NCBI GenBank assembly: GCA_964016885.1 | Contig: OZ024760.1 | Location: forward strand, 10,106,001 to 10,170,000 | DNA: 64,000 bases | Direction: 5' to 3' | Source: Eledone cirrhosa | Taxonomy: Eukaryota | Part shown: positions 29,185-42,383 of the stretch, in pieces | Position numbering within the stretch: position 1 is the first letter of the stretch | Layout: the number at the start of each line of letters is the position of its first letter | Position numbers and translations under genes: made by a program | The notes under the pieces: generated by a model | Told to the model about the DNA's origin: nothing | Seen by the model: the letters and a program-made list of their open reading frames with translations, nothing else | The model's database searches: none

Positions 29185-32100
29185 ATCAATTGAGAGTTGG
29201 TTGTTTGAATGCGCGTGGCCTGGGCTCAGCTTGGAAGCAAGCAAAGCTTCTAAGTGACCTCAGGTCACGAAGTATAGATGTGATGGTTGTTTGCGAGAGT
29301 CGGATCAGCAGCGTGCGACAGCTGGCTCCCGCCTTCGATGACTTTGAGATGCACGCATCTCTCAGTCAACCCGGAGGCGGGGGTGGGGTTGCCGTACTGC
29401 TGGATAAACGTCTGGCTCTCGACGTACAGATTGTTAACTCGGACCCGGGGGGTCGATTACTGGTGCTGGACGTCGGAGGCGGTGAAGGCGGGGCTTTCAG
29501 ACTGGTCGGTCTTTATGCCTCCTTCGGGGCTGAAAGAGCCGACTTCTTCCAACGTCTGGAGACTTTTCTAGGAACGTCGCGTTCCCTGCTTTTAGTGGGG
29601 GACTGGAATGGAATCCTAGATGCGTGTTGGGACTATGCAAGGGCATGTCTCGATAGAGGGGGGCGTAGCAGCCTCAAGGGGTTACTCGATCGATTCAACC
29701 TGGTCGATAGATTTCGACTAGATTTTCCAACTGTGCCAACCTGGACCTGGGCAAACCGCAGTGGTCAATCTAGATCGTACCTAGATAGGTTTTTGGTTAG
29801 GAGTAAGGATAGGGACGTATTTAGTTGTCCAGAATTGTTCATGGTTGGCTATTCAGATCACAAATTAGTGACCTGCGTGGTCAACCTTGATAGAACGCAT
29901 AGACAGGGTCCCGGTTACTGGAAGATGAACTTGTCCTTGCCGGCAAAGGAAGCTTACAGGAACCGGATTAGTAGCTTAGTTAAGATGCGGTTGACGGGAG
30001 CGATCGTCAACAGCAGGTGGTGGGTATCTCTAAAGAGAGAGATTAGAGTAAGTTCGATAGGTTACAGTAAGGAACTAGCGGCGAATAGAAATAGGAGGGA
30101 AAGGGAGTTGACAGATAAACTAGAAGAGGCGATTAGGAGCGGAGACGTGGCCAGAGTGTTAGCGTCGAGAACGGCGTTGAGCCAGTTCTTTGACACGAAG
30201 GCTGCGTTGTCCGAAGTAAAATACGTGCTTTAGGAAACGAGGGGACCAAAGCTGTTAGCTGGGCCCGCGTGACAGAAGCCAAGAGTGGGATTAAATCCAC
30301 CATTCGGTCTTTGCGAGACCAGGATGGACGGGTAATCCTTGAACCTGAGCGGATGTGCGAGGCCTTTCAAAGGCACTTTGCTCGACTGTTCGGAGGGGGC
30401 GGGGGCCGGACGGGGATGTGGACTTCGGTCCATACCTCGACGGTCTACCGCGTCTTTCGAGCGGCGAAGCGGAGTGCTGCGAAAGGCCAATCACAGCCAC
30501 TGAAATCGGGGAAGCGCTTAGCCAATGCAGCAGACGCAAATCTCCGGGTCTCGATGATCTACCATACGAACTTTATTTAGCTATGCCGGTCTTGTTCTCC
30601 GAACTCCTCGAGGCTGTCTATTGCAACTGGCAACAGAACGGGATAATTCCCTGTTCTGAGACCAAGGGCGTAGTCACGCTAGTGAGGAAAGACGAGAGCA
30701 AGGGGGACGACTTAAGTAACTTTAGGCCCATAACTCTGCTGAATGCAGAGTTACAGATTTTGGCCAAGGTGTTAGCGAAGAGGTTGGCGCTTGTGGTGGG
30801 TGGCTTGGTGGGAGACGCGCAGACATGCGCTATCCCGTCCGGGTCCATTCACGACAACCTCCACCTCATGCGATACATCGTATAGAGGGTTGGGAACGAA
30901 CCCGGCTTTGGTGGGGCCCTGATCAACTTGGATCAATCTAAGGCGTTCGATAGGGTTGACCATGGTTACCTGGATGCGGTGCTAGCGGCGGCGGGCTTCG
31001 GACCCGTTTTCAGGGGCTGGATTTCTGCCATGAACAGTGGCAACGTCTGCTCTAGGGTTAAAGTAAACAGCTACCTCTCGGAGCCGTTTCAAATCACCCG
31101 GTCCATCAGGCAGGGGTGCCCCCTCTCCTCCCTTCTGTACGTATTGGCTCTCGAGCCACTGCTGCGGAAGTTGGAGTTGCTGCGGAACATACGCCTGGAA
31201 CCGGGATTGCACAAAGCGGTCTCGGCCTATGCCGACGACGTAACAGTAATGGTGGCGGACGCCTCGGAAATCGGGGGCTAGGCTGAACCGGGACAAGTCA
31301 GTCGGTTTGCAACTCGGAACGTGGAGGGGCAAACCGATGCCGTTAGACGGTGTCGGTGGACGGAGGGCCCGGTGAAGCTGCTCGGGGTCTGGTTCGGACC
31401 GGACCTCCAGGTGGAGAAGAATTGGGGCGAGGTGACGAGCAGGGTGTTTGCGCTGACTCAGAAGTGGGCCAAGTGCAAACTATCACTGAAAGGTCGGGCG
31501 GAGGTGGCGAACGCTTACATAGCGTCCGTCATCTACTACCGCCTGACCGTCGTGCCTTGCCCTAAAGAAACGCTCACCATCATGGAACGCATGCTCTTCC
31601 AGTTCCTCTGGAAGAAGCGGCCTCCCATGGTGAGGAGATCCATCTGCTGCCAGCACCCTTCGAAAGGAGGGCTGGGTATGCCGTGGCTGTTGATGCGTAG
31701 GCACGCATTGAGACTACGGCATCTACAGGTATTCCTCACCGGTCAACCGGTGTGGGCCCCGTTTGTGGGGCGAGCCTTCCCACAGCTCGTCTCGCTCACC
31801 GAGCTGCAATCCTGGGTGAAGAAAAGACCGAGAAAACTGGGCAACTGGCACACCGAGTGTGCCCAGGCGCTCACGGCTCTCTGGCAAGCGGACCCGACTA
31901 TCAGTGGAGAATCCACCTCGACATTCTATAGAGGGCTAGTGGCTAGCAGGGGCGACGACACCCTTGGAGAGTCGCTAGGCATGGAGGAGGACGAACTGGC
32001 CAGCCTGTTCGGTAGAACTTTCGGCCCGGAACCCATGGACAACTTCCAGAGGTCCCTAGCCTGGCAGTGCTACCGGGGGGCTCTGCCCGTTCGAGAAAAG

Positions 32101-32561
32101 CTCTACAGACACGGGCGCCCGGGCAGGGATCCCGCGAAAAAGATCTGTCCCAGATGCGTGCGCGACGAGGAAACCGTTGCGCACGCACTGGTACACTGCC
32201 CGGGCGTTGCCGATCTGTGGGGCTACATCGAACGACTGCTGTCGCGTGTGGCGCCGATTCGATTGGCCGCCGAGTCTGTGGTGACATCAAGCCTCCTCCT
32301 CCCTTCAGAAATGAAGCAGAGGCGGTCTTTCTGTGAGTAATAGCCATGATGAAAGAGGTTGTGTGGTGGACGCGCCTGAAAGGTCTGAGGTCGGGTGACT
32401 TTCTCTCCGGCCAACACCTGGTTTACTTCTTCCGATACCACTTCGGAAGAAGGATCAGGATGGAGAGAGAAATGCTTGGCCCCAGACAGTTTTATGAAAG
32501 GTGGGTGAAAGAAGCGAGAATGGCTCGTGTAAATGGGCCTTCTCTCTACATTGTTCTGTAG
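29181..32561 (+). pseudogene. LINE ORF2 (APE endonuclease, reverse transcriptase, zf-RVT), broken by frameshifts and a stop
   Basis: Endonuclease motifs CLNARGL, VCES, LVGDWN, SYLDRF, YSDH and GPGYWKMN. RT motifs KSPGLDDLPYE, NFRPITLLN, DQSKAFDRV, RQGCPLS and AYADD. C-terminal CPRC..ETVAHALVHC. In-frame TAG at 30883. Confidence 0.92.
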
Positions 32562-32788
32562 GTGAAGAAGTGAAGAGGAAAGGGGGAGCGCCTCCTCTCT
32601 GGGCTTCCCCCGCGAAAAGGGTTGCACACATTTCGGGGGTATGTGCAATCCCCAACATGCCCCCTCCCTTTTGAGGACTTTTTATTATTATATTATTATT
32701 GTTATTCCTTTTTTCTTTACTCGATTTATGTAAACTCCCCCACTGTGTATTTGCCCCCTTCTTTTGTGCCCTCGTGGCAAATAAATAG

Positions 32789-32851
<63 letters not shown>

Positions 32852-32958
32852 TACCGAGGTCGATTCTTCCTCTATATCTCCTCCCTCCTTTCTCTCTCAC
32901 TCTCACTCTCTCTCTCTCTTTCTATCCTTACTGAGGTCGATTCTTCCTCTATATCTCC

Positions 32959-33023
<65 letters not shown>

Positions 33024-33381
33024 TCTCTGGAAGAAATCTGCTGTATTCAGACGTGAAGAGGAGATGGGGGCTCCGCCAGGTTTTTAAAAAGATGCCCTAG
33101 AAACACTGTATGCCAACATGGCGTCCCTACTACTCCCCCCCCCCCTCGGGAGTTACGGGAAAAGAAAGAGAAGATACCTCACAGTGAGACAGACCCTAGA
33201 TTGCGATGAGAACGACCATACTGCATCCCTGTAGGATACATAGTGTCTAGTTTACATACCTGAGCAGTGTTCAGCTTTTTACTATATAGAGTCACAGAAG
33301 AATGAAAGTGGGAAGGGATGGTGGACCTTGGGATGACGGTGTTAGGGCTGCGCCCCGAAGACAAGAGTGCAAAGGCATTTC

Positions 33382-33651
33382 CGCGGACAATTTGCGACAT
33401 TTGGGGGCAATTTGCGGCCATTTGTGACACCCACTGCAACAGCCACTCCACCTCGTGGACCTTTTGCGACAATTTCGGACAATTTGCGGCCATTTACGAC
33501 ACCCACTGCAACAGCCACTCCACCTCGCGGACAATTTGCGACAATTTCGGACAATTTGCGGCCATTTGTGACACCCACTGCAACAGCCACTCCACCTCGC
33601 GGACAATTTGCGGCCATTTACGACACCCACTGCAACAGCCACTCCACCTCG
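33382..33651. repeat. ~72-bp tandem repeat (~4 copies) upstream of a Helitron-like hairpin-CTAG at 33693-33717
   Basis: ggacaatttgcggccatttgtgacacccactgcaacagccactccacctcg, followed downstream by acccg..cgggt-aca-CTAG. Confidence 0.8.
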
Positions 33652-33769
33652 AAACGTTTGTTCTTCATTTATTTAAATCCAGCGCCTTATAAACCCGTGT
33701 GTATCCGGGTACACTAGCTAGAAAGAGAAATGGAAACATTGATTCCTCGGTTCGATTTGACGAAAGTAG

Positions 33770-34410
33770 ATTTAGTTCCACAGCAAATTAACAAACCATA
33801 CTTGAAGACACGTTGAGGCTGTTGCAAAGGGCAATAACCCTAGATACAATGTTGATCAACTTTTTTTCACCTATAGCAAATTTACCGGGACAGGTTTTTA
33901 GCTACTCAAATGTACTTCAGAGATCACGCATTGATGTAAAAAATCAATAAAACTGAAGCGGGGCTCGACTTTGCGCAAAAAAAACAAGGCAAAGTTACAC
34001 ATGGGAAAACTTTTTACAGGAACGTCCGATATTCTTGAAAACTGTCACAAAAGACTCGCCATTATGCCGCGGTGAAGATAAAGGCCCTTTTAATTCTTCT
34101 TCTGCACATGTGAACGCAAAAATTGTAAAAAAAAAAAAAAGCCTGTAAAAAATCGACATTTTCACCCTGCTTTAAATTAACTGAACATTCAATATCAAGC
34201 GATTTTGACTTCCGTCAGTCGTGCAGAGAACAATTTCAACGATACACTGTGTAACTACAATTAATAAATTACACACCTGCGTCTACTAACCTATTTTTTT
34301 TCATTGAAGTTCGAAGTTTTGAACCTGTGATGCGCGGGAAGTAACTTTCACACATTCTAACAGACCAAAGGTCGACTTACACCCGGGCAACGCCGGGTAC
34401 TTCTGCTAGT
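33770..34410 (+). mobile_element. Non-autonomous Helitron-like element; 3' end clear, 5' end uncertain
   Basis: Subterminal hairpin acccgg-gcaacg-ccgggt (34381-34398) followed by CTAG|T at 34406-34410. Confidence 0.65.
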
Positions 34411-34442
34411 ATATATATATATACGTGTGTGTATATATATAT

Positions 34443-34735
34443 AACAACAAAGAGGGTGTGGTAAGGAACTAGATGGACCATAAGGCACCAGAGTACTCAA
34501 TATTTAGGGTAGTAGAGTGGGAATATGAAAAGAGTCAGGAGCCCTACGGCAGAGCTTGATAAGTTCAGCTAGATTCCAGCCTTTCTAATACTGGTGGTTA
34601 GTTCGGATGTAGGTGTCGAAACGGCCGGAGCTCAGCCGTAGGGGTCCTGAATCTTTTCATATTGCCCACTCTACTACCCGAAGTATTGAGTACTCTAGTG
34701 AGTTATAGTCCACCTGGTATTTTACGACACGCTAT
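34443..34735. mobile_element. Diverged family P element with tails on both sides
   Basis: gtggtaaggaactagatggacc..gagtactcaata on the left, and its diverged inverse on the right. Confidence 0.65.
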
Positions 34736-34736
34736 A

Positions 34737-34779
<43 letters not shown>

Positions 34780-34857
34780 CATACATTTCTTTATCTAATC
34801 TACGGAAACTCTTGACACTACACGCACACACATACACACACATACACACACACACAT

Positions 34858-34918
<61 letters not shown>

Positions 34919-35173
34919 CGTACATAAATTAGAATTTTTAGCCTGGTGAATAAATAGTCGAACTTTTCAAGAGGCTACTTCCTTATATGGGAAGATTGTA
35001 GTTGTCAAGAGGATTGGTTAAAATTTGTTGTAAACACAAATAAGTCTATCATGGCATTTGGTGGGAGGTAGGGGTAGCTGAACTTGCCTGTAGAACAATA
35101 GGGGAGTGAGTGGAGCCGGTCAAGCGTTGAAAGTGATATGTATACATCAGATTCTAAGGATAGTGTATGAAGG

Positions 35174-35208
<35 letters not shown>

Positions 35209-35624
35209 TATTGAGAGAGAGAAGGGAGAAAGAGTAGATGGAGTAAACCAAATAAGACCAGAAAGAAAAGGAGGCACAGAGAAAAGCAAATAGTCATTGA
35301 GGAGGTCACAGAATGTGTGACGAAAGAATTTTGCTGAACTAATTAATAGCGAATAATTAAGCTGAAGTGAAAATCAATTAGTGTTTTTATTGGCAAAATT
35401 GTAAAACATAACCTTTTCCAAAACTATATATATATATATTATATGTATATATATATATGTATGTATGTATATATATATATATATATTATATGTATATAGA
35501 AATGTGTATAGTGTGTTCACGGAATTAAATTTATAGTTTCCAGTCCGGCCTTCTGTAGTTTTTAATGAATATTTCATTGTGTGTGTGTGTGTGTACGTGT
35601 GTGTGCACGTGTGTGTGTGTGTGT

Positions 35625-35659
<35 letters not shown>

Positions 35660-35740
35660 TTGTTAGTTTGATGTAAACTGCTACAACGCAGGTTTAACTA
35701 TAGTCGAATAAGTTGTGAATATAAATCTGTGGGACGGAAA

Positions 35741-37367
35741 CAAATTTGGAGAGATAGCTGTCCGCCATGCTACATGTGCGAGTTGGTTTCTTGTAGGAGG
35801 CCTTTGACCAAATTTGGAGAGATAGCTGTCCGCCATGCTACATGTGCGAGTTGGTTTCTTGTAGGAGGTCTTGACCAAATTTGGAGAGATAGCTGTCCGC
35901 CATGCTACATGTGCGAGTTGGTTTCTTGTAGGAGGCCTTTGACCAAATTTGGAGAGATAGCTGTCCGCCATGCTACATGTGCGAGTTGGTTTCTTGTAGG
36001 AGGTCTTGACCAAATTTGGAGAGATAGCTGTCCACCATGCTACATGTGCGAGTTGGTTTCTTGTAGGAGGCCTTTGACCAAATTTGGAGAGATAGCTGTC
36101 CGCCATGCTACATGTGCGAGTTGGTTTCTTGTAAGAGGTCTTGACCAAATTTGGAGAGATAGCTGTCCGCCATGCTACATGTGCGAGTTGGTTTCTTGTA
36201 GGAGGCCTTTGACCAAATTTGGAGAGATAGCTGTCCGCCATGCTACATGTGCGAGTTGGTTTCTTGTAAGAGGTCTTGACCAAATTTGGAGAGATAGCTG
36301 TCCGCCATGCTACATGTGCGAGTTGGTTTCTTGTAGGAGGCCTTTGACCAAATTTGGAGAGATAGCTGTCCGCCATGCTACATGTGCGAGTTGGTTTCTT
36401 GTAATAGGTCTTGACCAAATTTGGAGAGATAGCTGTCCGCCATGCTACATGTGCGAGTTGGTTTCTTGTAGGAGGCCTTTGACCAAATTTGGAGAGATAG
36501 CTGTCCGCCATGCTACATGTGCGAGTTGGTTTCTTGTAGGAGGTCTTGACCAAATTTGGAGAGATAGCTGTCCACCATGCTACATGTGCGAGTTGGTTTC
36601 TTGTAGGAGGCCTTTGACCAAATTTGGAGAGATAGCTGTCCGCCATGCTACATGTGCGAGTTGGTTTCTTGTAAGAGGTCTTGACCAAATTTGGAGAGAT
36701 AGCTGTCCGCCATGCTACATGTGCGAGTTGGTTTCTTGTAGGAGGCCTTTGACCAAATTTGGAGAGATAGCTGTCCGCCATGCTACATGTGCGAGTTGGT
36801 TTCTTGTAAGAGGTCTTGACCAAATTTGGAGAGATAGCTGTCCGCCATGCTACATGTGCGAGTTGGTTTCTTGTAGGAGGCCTTTGACCAAATTTGGAGA
36901 GATAGCTGTCCGCCATGCTACATGTGCGAGTTGGTTTCTTGTAATAGGTCTTGACCAAATTTGGAGAGATAGCTGTCCGCCATGCTACATGTGCGAGTTG
37001 GTTTCTTGTAGGAGGCCTTTGACCAAATTTGGAGAGATAGCTGTCCGCCATGCTACATGTGCGAGTTGGTTTCTTGTAGGAGGCCTTTGACCGAATTTGG
37101 AGAGATAGCTGTCCGCCATGCTACATGTGCGAGTTGGTTTCTTGTAAGAGGTCTTGACCAAATTTGGAGAGATAGCTGTCCGCCATGCTACATGTGCGAG
37201 TTGGTTTCTTGTAGGAGGCCTTTGACCAAATTTGGAGAGATAGCTGTCCGCCATGCTACATGTGCGAGTTGGTTTCTTGTAAGAGGTCTTGACCAAATTT
37301 GGAGAGATAGCTGTCCGCCATGCTACATGTGCGAGTTGGTTTCTTGTAGGAGGCCTTTGACCAAATT
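35741..37367. repeat. 68/67-bp alternating tandem repeat (135-bp dimer, 540-bp higher-order unit), ~24 monomers
   Basis: caaatttggagagatagctgtccgccatgctacatgtgcgagttggtttcttgtaggagg(cctt/tct)tgac. Confidence 0.97.
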
Positions 37368-37464
37368 TTCCGTCTTCAGGGCTTTATTTACCCAACTCGT
37401 TCAACTATTTTATATTTAATCCTGTGTTGTAGGATTAACTTACAATAAACTAACATACTTTCAT

Positions 37465-37998
37465 ATCCCGCCGAGGTTAACTTTGCCTTTCATCCTGACA
37501 GGGTCGATAAAATAAAGTAGCAGTAATACACTGGGGATAATTGCTGGCCTTGTGCCTAAAGTTGAAACAATTATAATTAGGGCGGCGGATTGGTAGTATT
37601 AGTAGAGCACCGGGCACCCTGCTTTACAGCATAGAGCTACAGCCCTTTACGTTCTGAGTTCAAATCTCGCCAAGGTTAGCTTTGCCTTTCATCCTGACAG
37701 GGTCGATAAAATAAAGTACCAGTAATACACTGGGGATAATTGCTGGCCTTGTGCCAAAGGTTGAAACAAATATAATTAGGGCGGTGGATTGGTAGTATTA
37801 GTAGAGCACCGGGCACCCTGCTTTACAGCATAGAGCTACATCCCTTTACGTTCTGAGTTCTAATCTCGCCAAGGTTAGGTTAGCTTTGCCTTTCATCCTT
37901 ACGGGGTTGATAAAATAAAAGCACCAGTAATACACTGGGGTAATTGCTGGCCTTGTGCCAAAGGTAGAAATTATTATTATTATTATTATTATTATTAT
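37465..37998 (+). mobile_element. Tandem SINE multimer (one partial and two full copies) with (ATT)n tail
   Basis: Three occurrences of the body ctttgcctttcatcct(g/t)ac(a/g)ggg..gataaaata. Confidence 0.85.
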
Positions 37999-38254
37999 TG
38001 AAAGAACTGTCGTTGTTGTTGTTGTTGTTGTTGTTGTTTTTGTGTTCAATATTTAAATGCCAGCTGATGTCGACTTTTATTGTTTTATCGTTGCAGTGAT
38101 CGATAGTAACCATTATCGAACTCACCAGTCCTATAGTGAAAGGTTGATTTAATTGACTGCACCCGGTTACTCCAAACATATTTGACCTTTTCTATATATT
38201 AGGCTAGACGAAACAAATATTGTTGTTATTGTTGTTGTTGTTGCTATTTTTGTT

Positions 38255-38880
38255 AATATCATCACCATCATCATCATTATCACCATCACCATCACCAAAA
38301 CATCATCATCAACACCACCATCTCCTCCATAGCCGTCATCATGACTACCACCATCATCATCATCACCAACATCATCATCAACAGCACCACCACCACCACC
38401 ACCACCATCACCACCACCACCACCACCACCATCACCTCCACCAACATCATCACCACCACCACCACCACCTCCACCACCACCACCAACAGCACCACAACCA
38501 TCACCACTACCATCATCATCACCACCACCACCACCACCACCACCATCACCACCACCACCATCACCACCACCACCATTAACACCACCACCACCACCACCAC
38601 CACCATCACCACTACCACCAGCACCACTACCACCACCACCACTACCACCACCACCACCATCACCACCACCAGCACCACTACCACCACCACCACCACAACC
38701 ACCACCACCAACAGCACCACAACCATCACTATCACCACCACCACCAGCACCACTACCATCACCACTACCATCACCACCGCCACCGCCACCACCACTACCA
38801 CCACCAACAGCACCACCACCACCACCACCACCATTAACAACACCACCACCACCATCATTATCATCATTATTATTATTATT
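38255..38880. repeat. (CAC/CAT)n trinucleotide low-complexity tract; similar (ACT/ACC)n tracts at 17005-17690 and 11240-11445
   Basis: Direct inspection. Confidence 0.95.
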
Positions 38881-38937
38881 TTGAAAACGTTCAACTTCAA
38901 CATTTGTTTATGTCCAAAGTGGATAAACAATGTGAAC

Positions 38938-39013
<76 letters not shown>

Positions 39014-39188
39014 TGTGTGTATATGTGTGTGTGTGTATATATTCATATACATATATGTGTGTATATATTCATATACATATATGTATATATATACATATAT
39101 GTATATATATGTGTGTGTATATATTCATATATGTGTGTGTGTATATATACATATACGTATATGTATGTATATACATATATGTATATGA

Positions 39189-39259
<71 letters not shown>

Positions 39260-39263
39260 TGTG

Positions 39264-39632
39264 TACGAGGTCTGTCCAAAAAGTATTGATGTATTATTTA
39301 AATGTATATTAGACATATATGGAATTACAATATATCTCCTTTATCTCCTTTAAGTAGGACCTCTGGGAAGTCACACACAGAGGAGTTCCAACGTTTTTTT
39401 TCCATTGACCGTGGTACTAGAGGGAGACACCTGTGTGTATCCTTAATTCATCGGTTACACAGTTCCAAAATGACGACATTTTAACTTCAATTTCAACTTA
39501 GGTGAGAGGTAGATCTAAGGGGGCTAAATCTGGGCTGTAGGCAGAAAATGGAGGAGAGGTAGTGTTTTGTCTTCGCCAGAAATGTTCTAATCGAAAGTGT
39601 TGCGTGAGTAGGCAAGTTATCGTGATGCAGCT
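39264..39632 (-). mobile_element. mariner/Tc1 transposase relic with one TIR
   Basis: Minus strand encodes LHHDNLPTH and, after a frameshift, AYSPDLAPLD. The end tacgaggtctgtccaaaagt is mariner TIR-like. Confidence 0.7.
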
Positions 39633-39809
39633 GAAGGCCGCAACGCGCCCCCTGAGAATCAAACTCGTGACCTTGCGATCGTAACCGGATTTCCCTAACC
39701 ACTAAGCCACACTCCTTCTCTAGGTTCGATGTTTAATTTACCAGAAATCGGTTAATATTCCAACTTGCGATCTTCAGTTTGTCTGACAACGAAACCTGGG
39801 TCATGATCT

Positions 39810-40372
39810 TTGTTTCATTTTGTCTTCCATAGATATTTTTTGTCTTCCATAATTTTTTGTCTTGTCTTTCGTAATTTTTTCTCTTGTCTCACATAGTTTT
39901 TTTTTTTCTTGTCTTCCGTAGTTTAGTTTTCCCTTGTCTTCCATAATATTATTTTCCCTTGTCTTCTATAGTTTTTTTCTTCTCTTGTCTTCCGTAATAT
40001 AGCTTTCTTTTACCTTTCATAGTTTTCCGTTTTCTTGAGTTCCGTAATTATTTTTTATTGTGTTCCATAGTATTGTTTTACCGTGTCTTCAATTGTTTTG
40101 CTTCCGTAGATTTGTTTCCTCTTATCTTCCGTGGTTTTGTTTTCTAGTACCTTCTATAACATTGTTTCCTCGTGTCTTCCATAGCTTTGTTTCCTCTCGT
40201 CTTCCGTAGTTTTGTTTCCTCTTCGCACCCGTAGTTTTGTTTCGTTTTCTCTTCCGTAGTTTTATTTTGTCTTCAGAAGTTTTATGTTTTACCTTTCACA
40301 GTTTTGTTTACTCCTGTCTTCCATAGTTTTCTTTCCTCTTGTCTTTCATAATTTCTACATTTCCTTGTTTTC
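39810..40372. repeat. Old, degenerate ~25-30-bp T-rich minisatellite
   Basis: Recurrent tgtcttccatagttttgtttcctc. Confidence 0.7.
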
Positions 40373-40714
40373 TGTTTGTTGTGAACAAAATAAATTGAAT
40401 TAGGAAATGTCAAAGTTCATTGTTATTTAAGAGGTGGCAGTGTGGGGGGGGGGGAGCTGATGGCGGAAGTGGTGATGGTGGTGGGGGTTCTTGTTGGAGG
40501 GGTTACTGGTGGTGGTGGCGGTAGTGGTGATGGTGAGGGGATTCTTGTCGGAGGGGGTTACTGGCGATGGTGATGGGGGGTTCTTGTTGGAAGGTTACTG
40601 GTGGTGGTGAGGGTGATGGGGGTTACGATGATGGTGGGGGGCTACTGGTGAAGCGGTGATGGGTGATGGTGGTGGTTGTGATGGATTCTTCCTCTACATC
40701 TCTTTCTCACCTCC

Positions 40715-40752
<38 letters not shown>

Positions 40753-40913
40753 TCTCAGGAAGAAATCTGCTGTATTCAGTCTTGGAGAGGAGCTGGACTC
40801 CACCGGGATTTATAAAATGCCCTAGGAACGCCGTATCTGTGCCCCTATGACTCCCTCAGGAGTTACGTGACCATATATACACACACAAACATCCACACAC
40901 ACACATACACACG

Positions 40914-40964
<51 letters not shown>

Positions 40965-41350
40965 TCATGAGACTCTCGTGCTCTTAAAATACAATACCTT
41001 CTCCCTGACGTCACATAAATTGCCATAAATTATTGTTTTGTCTTGCCTCTTACTCCATGGACAGGGTTTTGGTTTGTGTCAGACTCTGTGACCCCGGTTG
41101 GACCAACAACACCGTTGGTAGGGTTCGAAACTGCCAAAAGTCAATTTGTTGATTTATCCACAAGGTAAATATTCGTATAAATGGACAAAAGTGACGAGTC
41201 AAATTTTCCACTAGAAATAGCAGTCAAATATAGAATATTTATCTTGTTAATTTCGTACAACAAGCTGATTCAATGTAGAATTGAACACAATTCTATTAAC
41301 GGGTATAAAAAAAAAATTTTTAATTATAAAGTATAAACTTCACAGAATTA

Positions 41351-41449
41351 AATCCTCTGAAGAGAAGTCTATTTTGTTAACGGTGGCCATTTTAATTTAT
41401 TAAAGGGATACTGGTTATTCTTTTGGACTTTGAAACTACAGTCAGGATT
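41351..41449 (+). ncRNA. Type I hammerhead ribozyme with GUC cleavage triplet
   Basis: aatcct-CTGAAGA-gaagtcta..tggacttt-GAAA-ctacag-TC-aggatt. Stem I is a perfect 6 bp. Confidence 0.8.
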
Positions 41450-42175
41450 AACTTTTTTATCCCCAAGGAAGGATGCCTCAACAGTAATCTACACCTCAGT
41501 GATTTTGTATATATATACATATATATATATATTATATATATAATATATATATAATATATATATAGAGAGAGAGGGGGGGGGCGTGATCTTATGGAACATA
41601 TATGGTCTCATGCACAGTTCCGGGTTGTTGGTGGGACAACTAGGAAGTATGTATCGCTGTTTGTGGTGACTGTGGAGCAAGTGTTGACAACTGTTTATCA
41701 TCGAATAACCAACCAACCAGTCAACCAACCAACCAACCAACCAACCACCCACCCAACCATCTAACCACCCAACCAACCAGTCAACCACCCAACCAACCAA
41801 CCACCCACCCAACCAACCATCTAACCACCCAACCAACCAGTCAACCAACCAACCATCCAACCAGCCATCCAGCCATCCAACCACCCAACCAGCCAGCCAC
41901 CCAACCAACTATCCAACCAGTCAACCAACCAACCAGTCAACCACCCAACCAACCAGCCAACCAGCCAACCATCCAACCACCCAACCAATCAATATATTGT
42001 GTTGTTTTGAGAGATAATTCCTCTGAGGAATTATTTCACATTTATCGCTTTTCTGCAGATTCTGGCACTTCTCAGCTGGGGCTTCATAGCTAGCTGTGTA
42101 TATATATAGAGAGAGGGAGAGAGAGAAGGGGGGGAGAGCTGTGTCTGTGTGTATAGCTATATACGTATGTGTGTA

Positions 42176-42206
<31 letters not shown>

Positions 42207-42325
42207 TTATATATACCACATATACATGCCACACAAACTTACACACCCACACATATACACAAACACACACGTGTATATATATATGTATATATATATATAT
42301 GTGTGTGTGCGTGTATGTATATATG

Positions 42326-42383
<58 letters not shown>

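Larger units (their letters stand above)
26995..32791 (+). mobile_element. Near full-length, disrupted non-LTR retrotransposon of the Tx1/L1 clade
   Basis: ORF1 with CCHC knuckle, ORF2 with APE endonuclease, RT and C-terminal zinc motif. The 3' UTR ends in gcaaataaatagaaa next to (TC)n. The 5' boundary is approximate. Confidence 0.92.

Noticed and set aside
35681-37090. 453-aa and 456-aa Cys-rich repeat ORFs on both strands
   Set aside because: They follow from a 135-bp period. The frame breaks where the alternation breaks, and there is no domain, start context or splice evidence.
37373-37379. Minus-strand CTGAAGA at the edge of the 67/68-bp array; similar isolated cores at 2576, 18625, 39771 and 60961
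   Set aside because: No correctly placed GAAA with stem III and stem I could be found.
38220-39312. Poly-His, poly-Thr and mucin-like ORFs (also 16888-17705 and 11175-11444)
   Set aside because: Trinucleotide microsatellites with no flanking coding signal.
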